From an uncultured Acidimicrobiales bacterium (GTDB lineage: Bacteria > Actinomycetota > Acidimicrobiia > Acidimicrobiales > SHLQ01): a stretch of 52,188 nt of DNA. The notes below the pieces were generated by a model. It was given only the letters and a program-made list of their open reading frames with translations, was not told the DNA's origin and searched no databases. How positions within the stretch are numbered: the stretch's first letter is position 1; the number at the start of each line of letters is the position of its first letter. Below are positions 7,742 to 15,765 of this stretch, piece by piece. The position numbers were made by a program, and so were the translations under genes. The stretch lies in NCBI GenBank assembly GCA_964494395.1, contig CAZBTI010000004.1:3456-55643 (forward strand). The letters are read 5' to 3'.

Positions 7742-8746
7742 GTGAAGTCATTGAAGGCTCGTTTCTGGCTAGTCCTATTGCTTGGAGCGTTGATCGCTAC
7801 AGCATGCGGATCGGCCGCAGTTGACGAGGCTGCTACCGCTGCCACCGATACCGAAGTCGAGGAAACAGTCGAAGAAGAGACCGAGGACGAGTCTTCCGAC
7901 GGCGGCGACGCTGAAGAGGCCGACGATTCCGGTGACGATGCTGTGGAGGCCGAAGAAGAGCCTGCCGAAGAAGAGGTTGAGCTGGTTCAGGGTGATTCAC
8001 TGCTCGACCAGGTCACGGCGAACGGCGTGGTCCGGATTGGTGTCCGCAACGACAACCCTCCGGTCAGCTTCATCGATGAAGCTGGCGATTGGGTCGGCTT
8101 CGATCTCGACCTCGCAATGGCAATGGGAGAGCAGTTGGGCCTCGAGGTCGAACTTGTACCTGTCGACGGAACGACTCGAATCAGCTTCCTCGAGAGCGGC
8201 CAGATCGATTTGGCGGTCGCCTCGATGAACCACACCCGCTCTCGAGACGAGGCCATTGACTTCTCGGTCACGTACTTCTGGGACAACCAGTCGTTCCTCG
8301 TGCGTACCGGAGAGTACGAAAACATCGACGAGCTGTTCGGTCAGACCGTCGCTGCGAGCGCCGGTAGCTCGACCATCGACAGTTGGACCAGCTACGTTGC
8401 CGAGCGCGACGGCGACGCACCCGAATTTGTCGAGTTCGAAGACAAGAATGCAGCTGTCGAAGCGGTCCGCTCTGGCGCCGTCGAGGGCTACACCGAGGAC
8501 AACATCACCATGCTGTCGCTGGCCAACGGAGACCCGAACCTGACCCTGCTGCCAGGCGGCCACAACGCCGTACAGTTCGGCATGGGTGTACCGGAGAACC
8601 AGTCGGACTGGCTCGACACCGTGAACTTCGCTCTCCAGGACATTTGGACGAGCGGCGAGTTCATCGAGCTCTACAACCCATGGTTCGTTGATGACACACG
8701 CCTCATCGACCTCCCACTCGGTGGCGAAGTCGAGGTTTGGGGCTAA
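7742..8746 (+). CDS. Amino-acid ABC transporter substrate-binding lipoprotein with a long acidic tether
   Basis: Signal peptide plus lipobox (LLGALIATACGS), then about 60 aa rich in E/D. A family-3 SBP-like body follows (VRIGVRNDNPPVSFIDEAGDWVGFDLDLA). RBS aagggaga lies upstream of the GTG. Confidence 0.85.
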   Translation: MKSLKARFWLVLLLGALIATACGSAAVDEAATAATDTEVEETVEEETEDESSDGGDAEEADDSGDDAVEAEEEPAEEEVELVQGDSLLDQVTANGVVRIGVRNDNPPVSFIDEAGDWVGFDLDLAMAMGEQLGLEVELVPVDGTTRISFLESGQIDLAVASMNHTRSRDEAIDFSVTYFWDNQSFLVRTGEYENIDELFGQTVAASAGSSTIDSWTSYVAERDGDAPEFVEFEDKNAAVEAVRSGAVEGYTEDNITMLSLANGDPNLTLLPGGHNAVQFGMGVPENQSDWLDTVNFALQDIWTSGEFIELYNPWFVDDTRLIDLPLGGEVEVWG

Positions 8747-8881
8747 TTGGCTCACGTTCCCCAATGTCGGGACTAGCCTGAAATCAACTTGTTAATGTCT
8801 CTTGTAGGCAGAAACGGAAGTCTTGGTCTACAACTGGAGTTTCCTCTCCATAGACCATTACGAAAATAAAGAGGGTGGGCC

Positions 8882-9448
8882 ATGTCCGCAGTACAGAGAA
8901 CGATTGAAGAAGTGACCGACACACAGGTTGCACCAGCAGAGCAAGACAACGTTACGAAGAACAGTTCCCTTGGTGTTGCGCTCATGCGCATCACCCTCGG
9001 CGTGATTATCTTGGCAACGTGGTGGGGCAACATCACAGCCGATCCCAACTTCTACTCCTCAGAGGGCCTCATTGGCTTCTTCGACTGGGCGTTCACGCCA
9101 GCTGAAGAGGGAGGCAACGGCGCCTCTCTCGGATTCATCGAAGCGATCATCGACAACACCGTGCTGCAAGCTCCCGGTTTCTTCGGGCTTGTCCAGTCGA
9201 TCGTTGAACCACTCATTGGACTCGGTCTGGTCTTTGGTGTCGCCACTCGCCTGAATGCTGCTCTCGCATTCGCATTCTTCGTCGGCCTCTTCCTCACCTA
9301 CTTCGGTGGCGAAGAATGGATCTGGACCTACGTCCTCCTGATGGCTGGTGCGGTCACGACCTTCGTCAGCTGGGGCGGTCGTACCCTCGGTGTAGATCGG
9401 GCCATCGCTGCGGTCCGGGGCGATTCGCCAGGGAAGCTAATCTGGTAG
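8882..9448 (+). CDS. DoxX/DoxD-like small membrane protein, paralog 1
   Basis: 188 aa with four hydrophobic segments. LRITLGVIIL...GGEEWIWTYVLL...WGGRTLGVDR resembles the DoxX family. It ends RGDSPGKLIW. Confidence 0.65.
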   Translation: MSAVQRTIEEVTDTQVAPAEQDNVTKNSSLGVALMRITLGVIILATWWGNITADPNFYSSEGLIGFFDWAFTPAEEGGNGASLGFIEAIIDNTVLQAPGFFGLVQSIVEPLIGLGLVFGVATRLNAALAFAFFVGLFLTYFGGEEWIWTYVLLMAGAVTTFVSWGGRTLGVDRAIAAVRGDSPGKLIW

Positions 9449-9450
9449 AT

Positions 9451-9999
9451 GTGTCGATACTGACCCAGCTTGAAGAACGCATAGTTGGAGAAGCAACACC
9501 GGCCGAACAGAGTTCGGTCGGTGTTGCTTTTTTGCGCATCATTTTGGGAACGCTGATCCTCCTCACGTGGTTCAGCAACGTGACCTCGGAACCGAACTTC
9601 TACTCTGCAGAGGGCCTTCGAGGCTTCTTCGACTGGGTGTTCCTCTCTCCTGAAGAGGGTGGAAATGGCGCATCACTCACGTTTATTGGTTCGTTGTTCG
9701 ATGCAATCGACGATGTCGGCCTGCTCGGTCTGATCGGGTTTGCCCAGACAGTCATGGAGTTCCTGATCGGCGCTGGTCTGGTCTTGGGAATCGGCACCCG
9801 ATTCTTCTCCTTGCTCGCTACAGCGTTCTTCAGCGGTCTGTTCTTTACCTACTTCGGCGGCGAAGAGTGGATTGGCACCTACGTGCTACTGATTGCAGCT
9901 TCGATAACGGTCTTCGTGAGCTGGGGAGGTCGCACGTTCGGAATCGATCGTGCCATCGCTGCAGCCCGAGGTGATTCACCGGGAAGGCTAATCTGGTAA
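9451..9999 (+). CDS. DoxX/DoxD-like small membrane protein, paralog 2
   Basis: The GTG lies 2 nt after the paralog 1 stop. It is colinear with paralog 1 and I estimate more than half the residues are identical by eye. It ends RGDSPGRLIW. Confidence 0.65.
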   Translation: MSILTQLEERIVGEATPAEQSSVGVAFLRIILGTLILLTWFSNVTSEPNFYSAEGLRGFFDWVFLSPEEGGNGASLTFIGSLFDAIDDVGLLGLIGFAQTVMEFLIGAGLVLGIGTRFFSLLATAFFSGLFFTYFGGEEWIGTYVLLIAASITVFVSWGGRTFGIDRAIAAARGDSPGRLIW

Positions 10000-10001
10000 C
10001 C

Positions 10002-11591
10002 GTGTTTGCAATGACCCTGATTGAAGCAGCGACGGCAATCGCCTACTCGGTGGCATCGTTGCTGCTCTTCATTTTTGGGGTCAATTTGGTGGTCTTTGTC
10101 GTCCGAGTCTGGAGAAACGGACCGGTCGAACAAAAGACCATCGACCTTCGCGACACCGATGATCTGCCAACCGTCACCGTGCAACTGCCGATCTACAACG
10201 AGCTATATGTGAGCGAACGGGTGATCAAGGCTGCGTGCGCAATGGAGTATCCGGCCGAGAAGCTCCAGATCCAAGTGCTCGACGATTCGACCGACGAAAC
10301 CAAAACGCTCATCGCGCACGTCGTCGCTGAGCTTCAGGCCGAGGGCGTAAACATCGTCCACGAGCACCGCACGGACCGCTCCGGCTACAAGGCCGGTGCA
10401 CTGGCCGAAGGCATGAAGACGGCCACCGGAGAGTTCGTGGCGATCTTCGATGCCGATTTCGTCCCGCCCACAGACTTTCTCCTCCGCACTATCCCCGAGT
10501 TTGATGACCCCGACGTCGCGTTCGTTCAGGGTCGATGGGGACACCTCAACCGAGACTACTCCTGGCTCACTCGCGTACAAGCCCTGACGATCGACGGACA
10601 CTTCTTGGTCGAACAGGCCGGGCGAGGTCTCGCTGGATACTGGTTCAACTTCAATGGCACCGCAGGTATCTGGCGAGCTGAAGCGATCGATGACGCCGGA
10701 GGTTGGACCGCCGAGACGCTCACCGAAGATCTCGACCTGTCATACCGCGCTCATCTCAAAGGCTGGGTCGCTCGATATCTGCCCGACCTAGTCATACCTG
10801 CCGAGCTTCCCGTGCAGTTGCTCGGTTTCCGTCGTCAGCAGCATCGCTGGGCCCGGGGGTCGATGGAGTGCGCTCGAAAGCTCCTCCCATCGGTCTGGCG
10901 TACAGACGCAACGATTGGTACCAAGTTCCAAGCGACTGTTCACCTGCTCGCCTATGGCATCCACTTGCTGTTGCTGCTTCTCTTGTTGATCTACCCACTC
11001 GTGGTGCAGGTCGGGTCGACGAACCCCAGATTCAGCACGCTCTATGGAGTTGGATACGTGCTGGCGCTAACTTCTCTTGCTCCGGCGATTTTCTTCATCG
11101 CCGGTCAGCGACAGGGCGGCCGTAGCTGGCTGCGCGAGATCCCTCGCATTCTTCTGGTGACCGTCTTTGGTTCCGGGCTGATGCTCAACACTGCCCGAGC
11201 CTTCTTGCAGATCTTCACAAAGCCGAACCCCGAGTTCGAACGCACCGCAAAGTTTGGACTCTCCGGAGCACCCGACGGCGGAGGCTGGGTAAAGCAGCGC
11301 TACCAACTCAACATCGACCGCATCGTGTTTGCAGAGTTTGCCCTTGGACTTTATGGGGTTGGCGTGGTGTGGTTCGCATTCACCAACGACAACCTCGGGA
11401 TTCTCATCTACGCCGGAGTGTTCTCCGCAGGCTTGCTCTTCATGGCCATCGCCTCGATTACCCACGCTGTGGCGTCGTATCGAGGCCGTTTCGATCGCAA
11501 AGCTCAAGTCATGATCGAACGTCAGACGTGGACCGCCGGTGAAGCATCTCCATCTGTAGACGAAACGCTCGGAGAGTCCCAGGTCGGCTGA
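10002..11591 (+). CDS. Processive family-2 glycosyltransferase (CslA / cellulose-synthase-like or lipid beta-glycosyltransferase-like)
   Basis: N-terminal TM, then TVQLPIYNE, VLDDSTDET, FDADF, TEDLDLSYR and RRQQHRWARG (the D, DxD, TED and QxxRW signature), followed by a C-terminal TM bundle. Start is GTG 10002 or ATG 10011. Confidence 0.8.
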   Translation: MFAMTLIEAATAIAYSVASLLLFIFGVNLVVFVVRVWRNGPVEQKTIDLRDTDDLPTVTVQLPIYNELYVSERVIKAACAMEYPAEKLQIQVLDDSTDETKTLIAHVVAELQAEGVNIVHEHRTDRSGYKAGALAEGMKTATGEFVAIFDADFVPPTDFLLRTIPEFDDPDVAFVQGRWGHLNRDYSWLTRVQALTIDGHFLVEQAGRGLAGYWFNFNGTAGIWRAEAIDDAGGWTAETLTEDLDLSYRAHLKGWVARYLPDLVIPAELPVQLLGFRRQQHRWARGSMECARKLLPSVWRTDATIGTKFQATVHLLAYGIHLLLLLLLLIYPLVVQVGSTNPRFSTLYGVGYVLALTSLAPAIFFIAGQRQGGRSWLREIPRILLVTVFGSGLMLNTARAFLQIFTKPNPEFERTAKFGLSGAPDGGGWVKQRYQLNIDRIVFAEFALGLYGVGVVWFAFTNDNLGILIYAGVFSAGLLFMAIASITHAVASYRGRFDRKAQVMIERQTWTAGEASPSVDETLGESQVG

Positions 11592-12943
11592 TGAGTCGTT
11601 GTCTTATCGTCATGGCAAAAGAGCCCCAGCCAGGAAGCACGAAGACTCGGCTCACCCCAGCGCTCAGCAGCGAACGGGCAGCCTTTCTGTACGAGGCCAT
11701 GCTGACCGACATCGTGGCGAACCTCGCGAACCGAACCGATGTCGAGCTGATGATTGCGTCGGCCAGTGCCGATTCAGTCGAGTGGTTCGAGCGAGCCTTC
11801 CCTGGTGTGCCGATTATCGTGCAAGAGGGAAGCACACTCGGCGAACGCCTCGATCACGTACTTGGTCATGCGTTGGCCTCCGGGCACTCTGCTGCGTTTG
11901 CCATTTCGAGCGACAGCCCCGATCTACCTGTCAGTCACCTTTCCGACGCCTTTGCGATGCTCGACGCCGACAGTATCGATGTCGTGCTCGGCCCAACCGA
12001 AGACGGCGGATACTGGACGATTGGATGGAAGCAGCGTTGGACCGACATGGTCGTGAACGTCGAAATGTCACGGGCAGATGTTCTCGAGAACTCGATACGC
12101 GTCGCGACTGAATCCGGTGCCCGGGTAGCGCTTGCGGGGGAGTGGTACGACGTCGACGAGATCGATGATGTGTCACGGCTAGCCAAGGGACTGCCGTCGG
12201 AACGGCTTCCGATGTTGAGCAGTCTGCTCGCCGAGGAACCCCTCGCTGCGCAGTCCTCGTCGAAGGTCAGCGTGGTCGTACCCGCATTGGATGAGGGCGA
12301 GAACATCGCTGCGGTGGTCGAGGGGTTGTTTGTACATGGAGCCGACCACGTGGTCGTGGCCGACAACGGCTCGACCGACGACACTGCACGTCGCGCCGAA
12401 GCTGCCGGTGCCGAAGTGGTCACTGAACCCCGCCGGGGATATGGCTACGCCTGTCAGCGAGGTACCGAGGCAGCCCTCGCTGCTGGAGCGACAGTGGTCG
12501 CCTACATCGACGGCGATGAAAGCTCACGGCCCAGCGAGCTCCGATCGATCGTCGGTCCGGTACTCGCCGGAACCGCACGGCTCGTCCTCGGCTCCCGAAC
12601 GAAGGGCAACATTGCTGTAGGGGCCATGCCTGCGCACCAGAAGGCCGGCAATGTCGCTACCGCCGGGCTTATGCGGTTGCTGTACCGGGTACCGGTAAGC
12701 GACCTCGGGCCGTATCGGGCCATCGACGCCGACCTGCTTCGAGAGCTCGATATGAGTGAGATGACCTTTGGCTGGCCCACCGAGATGATGGTCAAGACAG
12801 CGGCCCGCGACGAGCTGATCGTGGAAGTGCCGGTGAGTTGGGATGCTCGTGCGACCGGAGAGTCCAAAGTCGGGGGAACCGTCGTTGGATCGGTGCTCGC
12901 TGGCTGGCACATCATGAAGGTGACGCTCCGCCACGCCCGGTAG
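11591..12943 (+). CDS. Fusion protein: DUF2064 (CofC-like, TIGR04282-type) domain + DPM1-like GT2 domain
   Basis: The N-terminal half reads CLIVMAKEPQPGSTKTRLTPAL...ISSDSPDLP...GPTEDGGYW, the DUF2064 pattern. From about 12263 it reads VSVVVPALDEGENI...VVVADNGSTDDTARRAEAAGAEVV...YIDGDES, a GT2 pattern. The ATG overlaps the upstream TGA by 1 nt. Confidence 0.75.
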   Translation: MSRCLIVMAKEPQPGSTKTRLTPALSSERAAFLYEAMLTDIVANLANRTDVELMIASASADSVEWFERAFPGVPIIVQEGSTLGERLDHVLGHALASGHSAAFAISSDSPDLPVSHLSDAFAMLDADSIDVVLGPTEDGGYWTIGWKQRWTDMVVNVEMSRADVLENSIRVATESGARVALAGEWYDVDEIDDVSRLAKGLPSERLPMLSSLLAEEPLAAQSSSKVSVVVPALDEGENIAAVVEGLFVHGADHVVVADNGSTDDTARRAEAAGAEVVTEPRRGYGYACQRGTEAALAAGATVVAYIDGDESSRPSELRSIVGPVLAGTARLVLGSRTKGNIAVGAMPAHQKAGNVATAGLMRLLYRVPVSDLGPYRAIDADLLRELDMSEMTFGWPTEMMVKTAARDELIVEVPVSWDARATGESKVGGTVVGSVLAGWHIMKVTLRHAR

Positions 12944-12969
12944 GCGATTGGTTCGATAGCGTTTGGTGA

Positions 12970-13824
12970 ATGATCGGACTCATCACCGGCAGTGGCTTCG
13001 CCGAGTTGCCAGCGCTCACCGGCCATCGGGTCGAGACCGTGGACACCGAGTATGGAGTCGTTTCGGTCACCCACGCCCGCTGGAACGGCGAACACGACCT
13101 CGTGTTCATTCCTCGCCATGGGGCCGACCATTCCATTGCCCCGCATCTCATCAACTATCGAGCCAACATCGCTGCGCTCCATGCGGTCGGAGTGCGTGCA
13201 GTTCTGGCAACCGCTGTTAGCGGCGCGATCAGCCCGGGCTTTGAGATCGGCCAACTCGTCTTGGTCGACGACTTCCTCAATTTCACCCACGGTCGGGCAG
13301 ACACCTTCTTCGACACGATCGAAACCGTTCGCCACACCGAGATGACCACCGCCTACGACCCCGAACTCCGGGCGTTGGTGCGGTCGGGCGCCGCCGACGT
13401 TGGGGTCGAGCTCGTCGACGGAGGGGTGTATTCGACGTTCAACGGCCCACGGTTTGAGTCACCGGCCGAGATCCGGATGGCCGAACGCGCCGGGGCCGAC
13501 CTCGTTGGCATGACCGGCTATCCCGAAGTTGTGCTCGCTCGAGAGCGGGGCCTCGCCTACTGCTCGATCGCCATCGTCTCCAATCATGCGGCGGGCAAGG
13601 GGGATGAACTGTCTATCCCCGAGATCATGGCGATTATCGCCTCGGCGGGTCCTGGCGTGCTCAAGGTGATCGGTGCAACTGTTGCCGCCTATCACGAACT
13701 GGCCGACGACCCAGCGAAGGCTGGCTTACGAATGGTGTCGGGAGATGAGGGAGCCGACTGGGACATGGCGAATCCAGACAACCGAGCGCAAGCCATCTCT
13801 GGAACACCCGAGGACGGAGCGTGA
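12970..13824 (+). CDS. mtnP: S-methyl-5'-thioadenosine (or methylthioinosine) phosphorylase, PNP/MTAP family
   Basis: IGLITGSGF...FIPRHG..H.I.PH.INYRANI..L...GV and MTGYPE are typical of MTAP. Substrate (MTA versus MTI) cannot be read from the sequence. Confidence 0.85.
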   Translation: MIGLITGSGFAELPALTGHRVETVDTEYGVVSVTHARWNGEHDLVFIPRHGADHSIAPHLINYRANIAALHAVGVRAVLATAVSGAISPGFEIGQLVLVDDFLNFTHGRADTFFDTIETVRHTEMTTAYDPELRALVRSGAADVGVELVDGGVYSTFNGPRFESPAEIRMAERAGADLVGMTGYPEVVLARERGLAYCSIAIVSNHAAGKGDELSIPEIMAIIASAGPGVLKVIGATVAAYHELADDPAKAGLRMVSGDEGADWDMANPDNRAQAISGTPEDGA

Positions 13825-15137
13825 GCGTGAAGCGGACCCGCTTGGTCGCCGATGCAGTGATCCCGGCCGACGGCACCGACGCAGTCATCTTTGACGCAGC
13901 TATCGACATCGACGCCGATGGCCGAATTGAATCGGTGAGCCCGGTCAATGAACTTAGTGACGCCGACTTTGACGGGAAAGTGCACGCGGTGGGTGGCTTG
14001 TTGATGCCGGGCCTCGTCAACGCGCATGCCCATACCCCGATGATCCTTCTTCGCTCGGCGGGCGACGGTCTACCCCTCGAGCAGTGGCTCACCGAAGCGG
14101 TGTGGCCGCGCGAGGGAAAGCTCAAGAATGACGCCGTGCATTGGGGTCAGACCCTCGGGTCGATCGAGATGCTGCGGGCTGGGGTCACGACGACGATCGA
14201 GAACTACGGCTTCGAAGAGGTCATTCTCGATGCTGGCCTAGCCGTTGGTCAGCGCGTGGTCATGGCAACGGGCATCTTGTCCGTCTTCTTTCCCGAGGAC
14301 GATCGCTACTCGAAACGAGTTCAAGGCTTGGCCGACTTCTTCGATGCTCGACACGACCCCGACGCACGCGCCTACGCCGCGTTTGGCCCGCATTCGGTGC
14401 ACGACCATGGGCCGGACCGGCTCGTCGAGTTGGCGACAGCAGCCGCTGATCGCGATGCCCTGATCACGCTTCATCTCGAAGAGACCGAGGGGGAACGCCA
14501 ACAGGTGCTCGACAAGTACGGGAAGTCAGCAACGCAGATCCTCAGCGACAGCGGTGTACTGGAAGGGCGTGTCCTCGCTGCCCATGGCGTTTGGCTCGAC
14601 GATGCTGACCGGGCGGTGCTGGGGGAAGCGGGCGCTGCGGTGGCGCACTGCCCACAATCCAACGGAAAGCTGGGCTCGGGCATTGCCGACGTGCCGGCGA
14701 TGCTCGACGCTGGGATCACCGTTGGGCTGGGCACCGACGGGCCCGCGTCCAACGACAGCCTCAGCCTCTGGGACGAACTCCGGTTGGCGCCGCTCTTTGC
14801 GCGGGCTCGCTCTTCGAACCCTGAAGCACTCGATGCAGCGACGGCGTTGGATCTGGCAACCCGCCAGGGTGCGCGGGCGATAGGGCTCGACGATGTTGGC
14901 GAACTTCGGGCCGGGAAATGGGCGGACATCATCCGAATCGACCTCGACCAGCCGGCGTTCCAGCCAGGACTTCCGGGCGAACTCTTCAACCATGTGGTGT
15001 GGGCTGCATCGGCCGAACACGTCACCGACGTATGGGTAGCCGGCGAGCAGGTAGTCGAGGCAGGGGAGTGCACCAAAGTCGACCGGCAAGAGGCACAGCG
15101 AGAAGTCTCTCAAAGGGCAAAAGCACTGTTAGCCTAA
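13821..15137 (+). CDS. mtaD: Amidohydrolase of the MTA/SAH/5'-deoxyadenosine deaminase type
   Basis: [48 protein letters not shown] and [10 protein letters not shown] match the metal-ligand pattern of the MtaD/guanine-deaminase branch. The GTG overlaps the mtnP stop (GTGA). Confidence 0.75.
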   Translation: MSVKRTRLVADAVIPADGTDAVIFDAAIDIDADGRIESVSPVNELSDADFDGKVHAVGGLLMPGLVNAHAHTPMILLRSAGDGLPLEQWLTEAVWPREGKLKNDAVHWGQTLGSIEMLRAGVTTTIENYGFEEVILDAGLAVGQRVVMATGILSVFFPEDDRYSKRVQGLADFFDARHDPDARAYAAFGPHSVHDHGPDRLVELATAAADRDALITLHLEETEGERQQVLDKYGKSATQILSDSGVLEGRVLAAHGVWLDDADRAVLGEAGAAVAHCPQSNGKLGSGIADVPAMLDAGITVGLGTDGPASNDSLSLWDELRLAPLFARARSSNPEALDAATALDLATRQGARAIGLDDVGELRAGKWADIIRIDLDQPAFQPGLPGELFNHVVWAASAEHVTDVWVAGEQVVEAGECTKVDRQEAQREVSQRAKALLA

Positions 15138-15225
15138 CCTCGTCCACAAATGTGGGCGTCCGCTCTATCGTTCGTGGCCATTGGTTGCGGCGGCAAGGGC
15201 TGGGTCCGATACCCAAGGAAAACAC

Positions 15226-15507
15226 ATGGATTCTGTACTCCCACCAAAAGACGACACGATGGCGGGTGTTCGCAAGGCCTTTGGGCTTTCCGACACCGAC
15301 ACGGGTTCACCCGAGGTGCAGATTGCGCTGCTCACCGCACGCATCAGCCACCTCACCGAACACCTGAAGGTCCACAAGAAGGACCACCACAGTCGTCGAG
15401 GGCTCCTGATGCTGGTTGGTCAGCGTCGCCGTCTGCTCGATTACGTCGCCGATAACGACGTCGAGCGGTATCGCGAACTGATTGCACATCTAGGAATTCG
15501 CCGGTAG
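15226..15507 (+). CDS. rpsO: 30S ribosomal protein S15
   Basis: [52 protein letters not shown] 15226 gives 93 aa with RBS aaggaa 6 nt upstream. The listed ORF start at 15181 would add an atypical extension. Confidence 0.95.
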   Translation: MDSVLPPKDDTMAGVRKAFGLSDTDTGSPEVQIALLTARISHLTEHLKVHKKDHHSRRGLLMLVGQRRRLLDYVADNDVERYRELIAHLGIRR

Positions 15508-15513
15508 GTGACA

Positions 15514-15544
15514 GAAGCGAGCGGCCCAGCGGCCGCTCGTCTTC
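15514..15544 (+). terminator. Hairpin downstream of rpsO (terminator/attenuator at the rpsO-pnp junction)
   Basis: gaagcgagcggcc-cagc-ggccgctcgtcttc forms a 13-bp GC-rich stem with one bulge, 7 nt after the rpsO stop. There is no strong T-tract, which is common in high-GC genomes. Confidence 0.55.
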
Positions 15545-15765
15545 GCGTTTGGGGAAACGTTCCTCAGATCCGATCGACTTGTGTCGAACTTGTAAGTAGC
15601 GGATTCGCGTTTCAGATACGTCTGAGCGATCCACCCACCAGCCAACGCTGGTGAGGACAGCTCACGGGCAGTCCAGCAGAAGCGAGCCGAAGGTCGGCTC
15701 GACAGTCCGGCAAGGTGCCGGGCCATACAACCCGAGACTTTCTCGGGTGAAGGAGAAGCCAATTC
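15545..15765 (+). promoter_or_regulatory. Structured pnp 5' leader
   Basis: About 220 nt of non-coding sequence with several short perfect stems seen by eye: tcaga/tctga, caccagc/gctggtg, gagccga/tcggctc, ccggca/tgccgg and acccgag/ctcgggt. RBS gaaggag precedes the pnp ATG. Confidence 0.4.
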
